Shown: piece by piece, positions 1 to 6,685 of the stretch | Numbering within the stretch: the stretch's first letter is position 1 | Layout of the letters: the number at the start of each line of letters is the position of its first letter | From: Pseudobdellovibrionaceae bacterium | GTDB taxonomy: Bacteria > Bdellovibrionota > Bdellovibrionia > Bdellovibrionales > JAMPXM01 | Reading direction: 5' to 3' | DNA length: 17,589 nt | Assembly: GCA_016791465.1 (NCBI GenBank) | Contig: JAEUWE010000216.1 | Span: forward strand, 1-17,589 | Program-made: the position numbers and the translations under genes | Notes under the pieces: model-generated | Told to the model about the DNA's origin: nothing | What the model saw: only the letters and a program-made list of their open reading frames with translations | Databases searched by the model: none

Positions 1-32
1 GAGGCCTGTGATCGATCCGGGTGTCAGCAGTT

Positions 33-767
33 TCACGCAGCCTCATCAATGGGTGGTTGATCTGAGCGTTCGGCCGAAATGTCTAGGCTTCCTAGCCAGA
101 ATGCTCGGTGTGGAGCGGATGTTGCGACGTCGCGAATCATCTTATCCAATTGCAGATCGGCCATTGTCCAAGAGTAAACAATGGCCGGTGGCTGTGAGTG
201 GGCAAGTAGTATGAGGCGGTCATTTGCTCTCGTTCGAAAGCTATTGACTGAAACATTCACATTGCTATCGAGTCCTAGAAGTTGTCCAGGAAGAGGCGTC
301 AGTGGTGTTCCGTTTTTTTGCTCCGAACAATCGAGAGAGAGATCGGTTTTCGACTCAAGGGAAAGCAGAGTTTGATTCTTTCGTGCGAGGAGGACGTTGG
401 GGCCGCCAACCTGAACCCAGCAAAGCTCGTTGCCCGATAAGGTGAGAGCAAGTAGCTCGACGCCGACGTGGTATTCGTCGCGGTTGTCCTCTCGATAGAG
501 CATATCGTTAGCGAGGAGAGCTGCAATGCGTAGATTGTTTGCGGCATCAGAAAGGCATGAAAGTTTCGGCAATGGCGAAGTTGCCTCCTTGTCCTGGGAT
601 GCGAATGCCAGGAATTCCAAGACACGGTCGATCACCTTCCTTGCGCCCGATCGAGGGCCCCATGGAACTGCGACGATGAGTGTATTGAGCGACGCTTCGA
701 AGTGAACTTCGGGTGTCGGGCGAGGCTGTTTTCCAGAATAAGGCCGATGCTGAAAATCGAACTTCAT
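33..767 (-). CDS. PP2C/SpoIIE-like phosphatase-fold protein, apparently catalytically degenerate (candidate pseudophosphatase)
   Basis: 244-aa ORF. Its ATG at 767 overlaps the stop of the upstream gene (ATGA, 764-767). A by-eye alignment follows bacterial PP2C motif order: IVAVPWGPRSGARK (cf. AVADGMGGHxxGE), VQVGGPNVLLARK (cf. VGDSRxYLxR), LPGQLLG (cf. LTRALG), NDRLILLAHS (cf. GDxLLLCSDG). The Asp positions that bind metal in PP2C are not conserved. There is no TM segment or signal peptide. The family call is tentative. Confidence 0.5.
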   Translation of the reverse strand: MKFDFQHRPYSGKQPRPTPEVHFEASLNTLIVAVPWGPRSGARKVIDRVLEFLAFASQDKEATSPLPKLSCLSDAANNLRIAALLANDMLYREDNRDEYHVGVELLALTLSGNELCWVQVGGPNVLLARKNQTLLSLESKTDLSLDCSEQKNGTPLTPLPGQLLGLDSNVNVSVNSFRTRANDRLILLAHSQPPAIVYSWTMADLQLDKMIRDVATSAPHRAFWLGSLDISAERSDQPPIDEAA

Positions 768-2770
768 GTGCCCTGATCCGAATAGTTGCGAAGTTTCATT
801 TTAGACTTCAGATAGTATTCACCATCCGTCGTATCGCGATCCATGATTTGTCGCCACTTGCTCTGTGCTTCCTTCACTTGTCCAACGCCTTCATAGAGAA
901 TGGCGTCTTCGTACAGCGTACGCAGTTGTGAATTGAGTTCTTTCCTTACGCGAGCAATAAACTCCGCAGCCTTCTCGCTCTTTGGATCAAACTCTTTGGC
1001 GCGTCTTGCGCCCTCGAGGGCGTCTTTGAAGTTTCGACTCTGGTAGGCCGCGTTGGCCGACGCGAGTGCTTCATCGACTTTTGTTGCAAGCATTGACTTA
1101 ATTTTTACAATATTTTGCTGAGAGCGTGTTTTGAGTCCATCGGGATCCGGCATTTGCGATGCGATGTGCTTATTGAACGCGTCGATTGCCGGATACCACT
1201 GACCTTGTCGTTGTAGGGCAAGGGCTTTCTCATGAAGCTCGCGACCGCGATCAACTTTGTCTTGGTAGTCGCGATGTGCTGAGAGCTTTGATGTGCGTTC
1301 GCCAACTCGTTTTTCGACCCGACCGATCAAATCGATAACCAGGGGATTGGTGGGATCGAGTCCGATCGTGGGCGAAAGACACTGACGAATCTCATCGACA
1401 CTAAATGTGCGGTTGGCGATTGGATTGCATTGTTGAATATTGCGATCGATGATGCGTTTTTGTTCTTCCACACGTTTCTGTTCGGCCTCAATGAAGGCTA
1501 ATTTCTCGGCGTTGGCGCGCTGAGCGAGGCAGTCCTCCTCCATTGTCTTTGATCCTTCGTAACCTTCCGGTAGAATTTCGTGGAGTTTTTTGAGCTGCTC
1601 GTAGGCGTTCTCAAACTTGCCTTGCATGTAGAGATTGCGAGCTGTGACATAGATCTCTTTAATAGTCTGCTTTTGCTGTGCGGAGAGTCGCTCAATTCCG
1701 TTTCCGGGATCGTTTGTCTTGCTGCTCTTGTTGTCGGAGTCAGGGCCAAAAGCGGCATAGAGTCCGATGACCGCAATCGCAAGAATTGCGGCCAGACGGA
1801 TGGTTTTCGCTTTCGAGTTTTTCTTACTGCTGTCGGCTGACCATTCGGCCCCATAGTTGTCGATGCGAACCGCGCCGCCAGGTCCTTGTAGGACGGGATA
1901 GTTGATCATCTCGTACTGAGCGACCGGAGCGAGTGGTGCCGCGAGCACGTTTGGCGCAATCGCGACTAGGCGCTTTTCAAAATTCGGATCACGAACCTCA
2001 AAGTGGACCTTCAAGGCATTGACTGAAAGAACGTCACCGCTTTGTAGGAGGTGGGGTTCTTCGGGAATCAAAGGCGTGCCGTTGAGAACGGTGCCATTGG
2101 CGCTTCCGAGATCGGTGACAAAGTATCCTTCAGGAGTCGATGTGATCTCAAACTGTCGTCGACTTGCCTTACGGTCCGGAAGAAAGATGTCGCAAGTGTC
2201 CTCGCGCCCGGCGAGCCACTTCTTTCCATCAAGATCGATGCGCTGTTCACTTCCGCTGCTTTTCACAATTCGAATCGAAGGCCGTCCTGGGAGCGAAACG
2301 CCGACGTTGGTGGCATCATCATTTCCCTCAAATGAGGGCTGTGGATGTTGTGGCGCCGGAACCAGCGAGAGTGTGCCGCCAGGATGAGCGGGAGGCGCCG
2401 ACGGGGCGTCGTCAGCGAAGTTCTCAGCGCCGACGGCGGCAGACCGGCTGGTCGGAACTGCGGCAGAAATCGCGGACGACTCTTCGACGATACGGAAGTC
2501 ATAAGCCGCGACGTTGAAGACACTTGTTGGCGTGAGCTCAACCTCAGCCGTCGCTTGGCCAGCAACAATGATTTCACCGAACTTCGATAGAACGGAGGCC
2601 TTCCAGACGCCGTCGATTTCGGCGACTTTAAAGTGCTGTCGGGAGATTCCAGGTTGTTCTTGTAATTGGATGGCGCAACCATCGGCACGTCCGATGATGT
2701 ACTCCTCGCCAGAGCGCAACTGGATCGAAGCGATTTCCTTACCATGGAGAAAGGCTTTGAGGATTGGCAT
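764..2770 (-). CDS. Tandem-FHA, single-pass membrane protein with a large periplasmic TPR-like helical domain
   Basis: 668-aa ORF. FHA1 covers aa ~1-95 (G27-R28, S43-R-Q-H46). A Pro/Ala-rich linker follows. FHA2 covers aa ~175-260 (G188-R189, S203-R-R-Q, S223-A-N-G226). The TM helix is aa ~324-342 (IRLAAILAIAVIGLYAAFG). The C-terminal ~325 aa are helical and TPR-like (e.g. ARNLYMQGKFENAYEQLKKL, AYQSRNFKDALEGARRAKEFDP). The ATG at 2770 shares 1 nt with the upstream stop (TAATG). Confidence 0.85.
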   Translation of the reverse strand: MPILKAFLHGKEIASIQLRSGEEYIIGRADGCAIQLQEQPGISRQHFKVAEIDGVWKASVLSKFGEIIVAGQATAEVELTPTSVFNVAAYDFRIVEESSAISAAVPTSRSAAVGAENFADDAPSAPPAHPGGTLSLVPAPQHPQPSFEGNDDATNVGVSLPGRPSIRIVKSSGSEQRIDLDGKKWLAGREDTCDIFLPDRKASRRQFEITSTPEGYFVTDLGSANGTVLNGTPLIPEEPHLLQSGDVLSVNALKVHFEVRDPNFEKRLVAIAPNVLAAPLAPVAQYEMINYPVLQGPGGAVRIDNYGAEWSADSSKKNSKAKTIRLAAILAIAVIGLYAAFGPDSDNKSSKTNDPGNGIERLSAQQKQTIKEIYVTARNLYMQGKFENAYEQLKKLHEILPEGYEGSKTMEEDCLAQRANAEKLAFIEAEQKRVEEQKRIIDRNIQQCNPIANRTFSVDEIRQCLSPTIGLDPTNPLVIDLIGRVEKRVGERTSKLSAHRDYQDKVDRGRELHEKALALQRQGQWYPAIDAFNKHIASQMPDPDGLKTRSQQNIVKIKSMLATKVDEALASANAAYQSRNFKDALEGARRAKEFDPKSEKAAEFIARVRKELNSQLRTLYEDAILYEGVGQVKEAQSKWRQIMDRDTTDGEYYLKSKMKLRNYSDQGT

Positions 2771-3744
2771 TAGAACCGCCCCTCTTGAAGCACGTCACAT
2801 TCTTTCTTCATTGCCTCAGCCTGCTTGTACTTAAGGTCCTCTTTGTTGTTCATAAGTAAAAGCGCTTTCTCGAGCGCCGATGAACAGCGAGCGTACATAT
2901 TTTTTTCGAGATAGCGACGCCCTTCGAGCGTGAGTTGTGTTACGGACTCGTCGCGCTGTTTCTCGGCCAGCCTGTAGTAGCGAAGTGCAAGCTGATGTTC
3001 GGGGTCGATTGCTCGAGCCGTTTCAAAAGATCTCATTGCTCGTGAGTAGCTACCTTTTTGATAGTCACGAAAGCCTTCGAGATAATGTCGCTGGGCCTCT
3101 TCGTATCGGGTTTTCTCTTCCTCGGTTCTAAAGGTTCTCTTTTTTGCGGCCGTTGCGGTGCGGGCGTCGCTTTCAGAGATTTCTTTCTCGATTTCAGAAG
3201 TCGTCTTAAGCCCCTTATCGAGTTTTCTCGAAGTGCTGTCGGACATTCCAATATAGACCATGCCGCCGATGATTCCGGTCATGATGAGGTAGAACATACC
3301 TTTGCCGGATTTCTGAGGTCGGACGTTCTTGACTTGCGGTGTGGCGGAGTTCGCCGCGCCGCCCATAACCGAAAGTGATGGAACACCGGGAACGGCCTGT
3401 GGAGCAAGAAGATGCATGGCTTCGACAATGAAGGCGAGTTCTGACTCGCCGATGCGAATCATATCTCCGCCTTTGAGCGGCTGCTGCTCAGCATGCCGGC
3501 CGTTGACGGTCAGCTTTGCTTTACCACTAATGTCGTGAATAGTGATTTCTTCGGGAGTGAATTCGATCACGGCCGCATTTCGGCTCACGCGCGGGTCGTT
3601 GAGAACGACATTGTTCGATGTTGGATCACGGCCGATTGTGACTCTCGGAGGCAAAAGCTGATAGGTCGCGCCAGCATCGGGGCCACCGCGAACAGCAATT
3701 GTGAATTTGAATCCCGTACGAGGGATCGCCGGAGCCAAAGTCAC
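2770..3744 (-). CDS. FHA domain, single-pass membrane protein with a periplasmic TPR domain
   Basis: 324-aa ORF with a GTG start at 3744, preceded by GGAGGG 9 nt upstream. The FHA domain is aa ~20-105 (G38-R39, S54-R-N-A, TVNG). The TM helix is aa ~150-167 (MFYLIMTGIIGGMVYIGM). The C-terminal TPR motif reads YEEAQRHYLEGFRDYQKGSYSRAMRSFETARAIDPEHQLALRYY. Confidence 0.85.
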   Translation of the reverse strand: MTLAPAIPRTGFKFTIAVRGGPDAGATYQLLPPRVTIGRDPTSNNVVLNDPRVSRNAAVIEFTPEEITIHDISGKAKLTVNGRHAEQQPLKGGDMIRIGESELAFIVEAMHLLAPQAVPGVPSLSVMGGAANSATPQVKNVRPQKSGKGMFYLIMTGIIGGMVYIGMSDSTSRKLDKGLKTTSEIEKEISESDARTATAAKKRTFRTEEEKTRYEEAQRHYLEGFRDYQKGSYSRAMRSFETARAIDPEHQLALRYYRLAEKQRDESVTQLTLEGRRYLEKNMYARCSSALEKALLLMNNKEDLKYKQAEAMKKECDVLQEGRF

Positions 3745-3750
3745 TACCGT

Positions 3751-5430
3751 TTACCCTCCACTTCTTTGCAGCACGACCAAATACCAACCGGCTTCGCCCG
3801 AGTGATTGAGAACGGCTTGGCCATTGATTTCATATTTCTCACCAGAGAAAGGGATCTCGCTAAAGGCAATTGATCCCATCTGTTCGCGCATTCGCGGAAG
3901 CAGTTCACGCAAGTTCGCTTGGAGCGCTGGATCTGGAACTTCGTTTACAGATCGACCAACGAGAGCACCTGCTGATCCGATGAGATGATCGAAAGCACTA
4001 TTAGTTGCGATGACGCGATCGTCGATGGCATTGATACTCAGTGCGGGAGTGTTCAACATGCGAACGACATTTGAGGCCTCGATGTCTCGATTGATGACAC
4101 CGCCACTGACGCCCCCGAATGCCTGGCCGCTGCCATTGGCGGCGCGGTTCAGCGCCGAGTTCACATTCGAAATCAGCTTTTCAAGCAGTGGATACTGATA
4201 GGGAGTTGCTAGATCATCGCGCCCTTCGCGAAGGGCATCGTTGAGCTGCGTGCTGAGCAGTTCGACTGGATGTTCGACGACACGGCTGAGAAAGAAAAAG
4301 AGAACACCGCCGAGCAGAGCTGCGACAAGGAAGATTTGCAGAAAGAGTCCCATGGTCTGTGCAGGACTCATCGCCATCGATCCCATGTCGTATAGAACGA
4401 CAGAATAGGCGGCGGCCTCTTGTGAGCCGGTGTCGGGATTGTAGCGCGAGATGGGAACCGCAACACCAAGTGTTGAGTCGCCTGTGAATCCATCGGTTTC
4501 TCGCTCTTCGCGTCGCGCTTGATTAACAAAAGGCATTTTGGCGAACTCGCCACGTTTATTGGCGGGCGCGAGAATTGTTCCGTCTTTATTGATGATAACG
4601 GCCGTTGATACGCCTTCTTCAAGTTCGGCCAGTCGAACTGTGACCGCCACCTCGTTTTTCTCAAGGATGGCTTGGCGGTTGATAGCGGCGAGGTTGCGGG
4701 CAATTGTTTTTGCCCGACGGATGCTTTCTTGGCGAATGCTCGACTTGGTCAAGGTCACCATCGGAATCGTCGCGACAAACGTCAATACAACGGCATAAAT
4801 AGCAATCAGAAGGAGTAGGCCCTGACGGTAATTCATGCGTTGAATAAGACTGTAAATCCCAGGCATAGCGACGTGATCAAGATAGAGTCGCAGATTCTCG
4901 AGTAGATCGAAGAGAGCGTTTCCGCTCGAAGCCACTCGGGGACGTGCATCATGTTCGACTTCAGCATGGACTTCTTGGGCGACCTGCGCGCTGGGATCTG
5001 GATAGGCTTGCGCAGCCATCGGATGCTGTTGAACGGGCATGGCGAGGGCGCCATTGCCAGCCCACGCCGGCATCGGGGCAAGACCATTCTGCATGTTTTG
5101 AACATGACGAGGATCAACTCCGGCCGGAAGCTTCAGAATATCAATAATGAGGTCATGAAATGTGAGCTTGTCTCCGGCTTGTAACTTTTGATTTTGAACG
5201 CGAAGACCATTAACGAACGTGCCGTTGCGTGAATTCATGTCGGTGATAATGACTTTACCATCGTCGGTGACAAGAACGGTCGCATGCTCTTTAGAAACTG
5301 CATTCGAGGCCAGTTTGATCTGACAGTTTGGGCTGCGGCCGATGACGTTGTATCCCACAGTGAGCGGCATGATTTGTCCGGCCTGTGGTCCGCTGAGGAC
5401 TCGGATGGCCCAGGTTTCACGACTCGACAT
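3751..5430 (-). CDS. FHA-TM-periplasmic sensor (Cache/PDC-like)-TM-HAMP-like-PAS-like protein with no recognisable enzymatic output domain
   Basis: 559-aa ORF. A canonical FHA domain spans aa ~8-98 (G31-R32, S46-K-E-H49, S67-R-N-G70). TM1 is aa ~204-225 and the periplasmic segment is ~133 aa (AVIINKDGTILAP). TM2 is aa ~359-381. A HAMP-like helix region (SRVVEHPVELLSTQLNDAL) follows, then a C-terminal PAS-like region (INAIDDRVIATNSAFDHLIG...GWYLVVLQ). The ATG at 5430 has GGAGA about 9 nt upstream and overlaps the DUF192 gene by 14 nt. Confidence 0.8.
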   Translation of the reverse strand: MSSRETWAIRVLSGPQAGQIMPLTVGYNVIGRSPNCQIKLASNAVSKEHATVLVTDDGKVIITDMNSRNGTFVNGLRVQNQKLQAGDKLTFHDLIIDILKLPAGVDPRHVQNMQNGLAPMPAWAGNGALAMPVQQHPMAAQAYPDPSAQVAQEVHAEVEHDARPRVASSGNALFDLLENLRLYLDHVAMPGIYSLIQRMNYRQGLLLLIAIYAVVLTFVATIPMVTLTKSSIRQESIRRAKTIARNLAAINRQAILEKNEVAVTVRLAELEEGVSTAVIINKDGTILAPANKRGEFAKMPFVNQARREERETDGFTGDSTLGVAVPISRYNPDTGSQEAAAYSVVLYDMGSMAMSPAQTMGLFLQIFLVAALLGGVLFFFLSRVVEHPVELLSTQLNDALREGRDDLATPYQYPLLEKLISNVNSALNRAANGSGQAFGGVSGGVINRDIEASNVVRMLNTPALSINAIDDRVIATNSAFDHLIGSAGALVGRSVNEVPDPALQANLRELLPRMREQMGSIAFSEIPFSGEKYEINGQAVLNHSGEAGWYLVVLQRSGG

Positions 5431-5752
5431 AGAGTTGATCTCCTGGGTTGAGGGTTAGGGGCAGAGTGCCGGCCGCAACTTCAATGACGCTTGTGGCTTT
5501 GAGACGTGGCAACGTTACTCTCCATGGCGGCAAATTGCGGTAGACGTGAATAACGTGCAGCGAGCTATCGACAAAGACGGCGTCGATGGCGAATCGCATA
5601 AACCAAGTGTGGATTGAGTTGCAGCGTTTGATCCAGAGACCTTGATTTTCGGGTAACGAGGCGCGGCCGAGCAGACCCTTGCTTCGTTGTGCAAATGAGC
5701 TTGCGACTTCGAGTTCGCTCACGACCACGGTGCCATTGTGGAGAAGGCGCAT
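5417..5752 (-). CDS. DUF192 (COG1430) family protein
   Basis: Family motifs are QRSKGLLGR...GLWIKRCNSIHTWFMRFAIDAVFVD...VIEVAAG...PGDQL. The start context on the minus strand is GTGATG. Either the ATG at 5752 or the GTG at 5755 overlaps the TGA stop of the upstream T2SS-F gene, so the two genes are translationally coupled. No signal peptide is evident. Confidence 0.8.
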   Translation of the reverse strand: MRLLHNGTVVVSELEVASSFAQRSKGLLGRASLPENQGLWIKRCNSIHTWFMRFAIDAVFVDSSLHVIHVYRNLPPWRVTLPRLKATSVIEVAAGTLPLTLNPGDQLYVES

Positions 5753-6657
5753 CACTGTCCACCTCCATAAATAAACTGCAGCGCAACCGGTGCGAAGACC
5801 ATGATGAAAACGGCCGGCAAGATAAACACGACGAGTGGAATCAGAATCTTCTGCGAAGCTTTGGCTCCTTCTTTTTCTGCGCGCACAAATCGCTCAAGAC
5901 GCATCTGTGCTGATTGATCCTTTAAGACGCGTGCGATGCTGACGCCGGTTGCATCAGAGTCGATCACGACGTTGACCAGTGACTTGATCTCGGGGACATC
6001 GCATCGATTGTCGAGGCCGCGCAGAGCTTCGGCTCTGGAGCTGCCGAGAGTGATGTCGCGCAAGACCTGGTTGAACTCGCCAGCCAAGACGCTGTCGGCG
6101 TTTGCCTTTTCAACAATAGCCTGAATGGCGCCTTGGAAGTCTTTTCCGGCTTCAACGGCAAGCGCCATGAGATCAACAAAGAACGGTAGCTCGGTGATCA
6201 TCGAGCTCTGGCGGTCAGAGCGCATTTTCTTTGCGTGCGAGTCCGGCATACCCCAGCCAATCAATGCGAAAAACAAAAATACGGGCACGGGATAGTTCAA
6301 CTGTAAGGCAAAGTTCAGCACGAGAGCGATGATCGGGAGCACGACACCCCAGAGCAATTTTAGTCCAATGAATTCGTCGACGTTGAGCTCGGCGGTGAGA
6401 CCTGACGTGATGAGCTTGTGTTCAATTTTTTTGCGCCACCGCGGATCTTTAAAGCGAACGGCATAGTGAATTGTAAATTGATGAACGAGCGATCTTGAGA
6501 TCTCAATGAGTTTCGACTTGGATTTTTCTGGTGCATTGCCCGAGGCCCAGGACAGCGCTTGCATTCCTTCGTCCTTCGCAAGCAGCGACGAGACAAAGAA
6601 ATACACCGACACACCTGTGACAAGGATGAGGACCATCGGTAGTAAATCACTTCCCAT
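5752..6657 (-). CDS. Type II secretion system F-domain protein, TadB/TadC-type Flp/Tad pilus platform protein
   Basis: ~301 aa. There is an N-terminal TM helix, two central TM helices and a C-terminal TM helix. T2SS-F motifs are ELPFFVDLMALAVEAGKDFQGAI, LGSSRAEALRGLDNRCDVPEIKSLV and GVSIARVLKDQSAQMRLERFVRAEKEGAKASQK. I prefer the ATG at 6657 (GGAAGGTG about 6 nt upstream) over the TTG at 6660 used by the ORF track. Confidence 0.85.
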   Translation of the reverse strand: MGSDLLPMVLILVTGVSVYFFVSSLLAKDEGMQALSWASGNAPEKSKSKLIEISRSLVHQFTIHYAVRFKDPRWRKKIEHKLITSGLTAELNVDEFIGLKLLWGVVLPIIALVLNFALQLNYPVPVFLFFALIGWGMPDSHAKKMRSDRQSSMITELPFFVDLMALAVEAGKDFQGAIQAIVEKANADSVLAGEFNQVLRDITLGSSRAEALRGLDNRCDVPEIKSLVNVVIDSDATGVSIARVLKDQSAQMRLERFVRAEKEGAKASQKILIPLVVFILPAVFIMVFAPVALQFIYGGGQ

Positions 6658-6685
6658 CAATCACCTTCCGTGATGTAAGAGAGAC

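Noticed and set aside
8-214. Plus-strand ORF open to the left window edge
   Set aside because: It is antisense to the 3' end of the PP2C-like gene and has no motifs. It is too short, and truncated by the window edge, to support a call.
2019-2745. Cluster of alternate-frame ORFs (2019-2387, 2164-2517, 2263-2745, 2345-2590)
   Set aside because: They all fall in the GC-rich segment encoding the Pro/Ala-rich linker and FHA domains of the 668-aa protein. They are a typical by-product of stop-codon-poor sequence.
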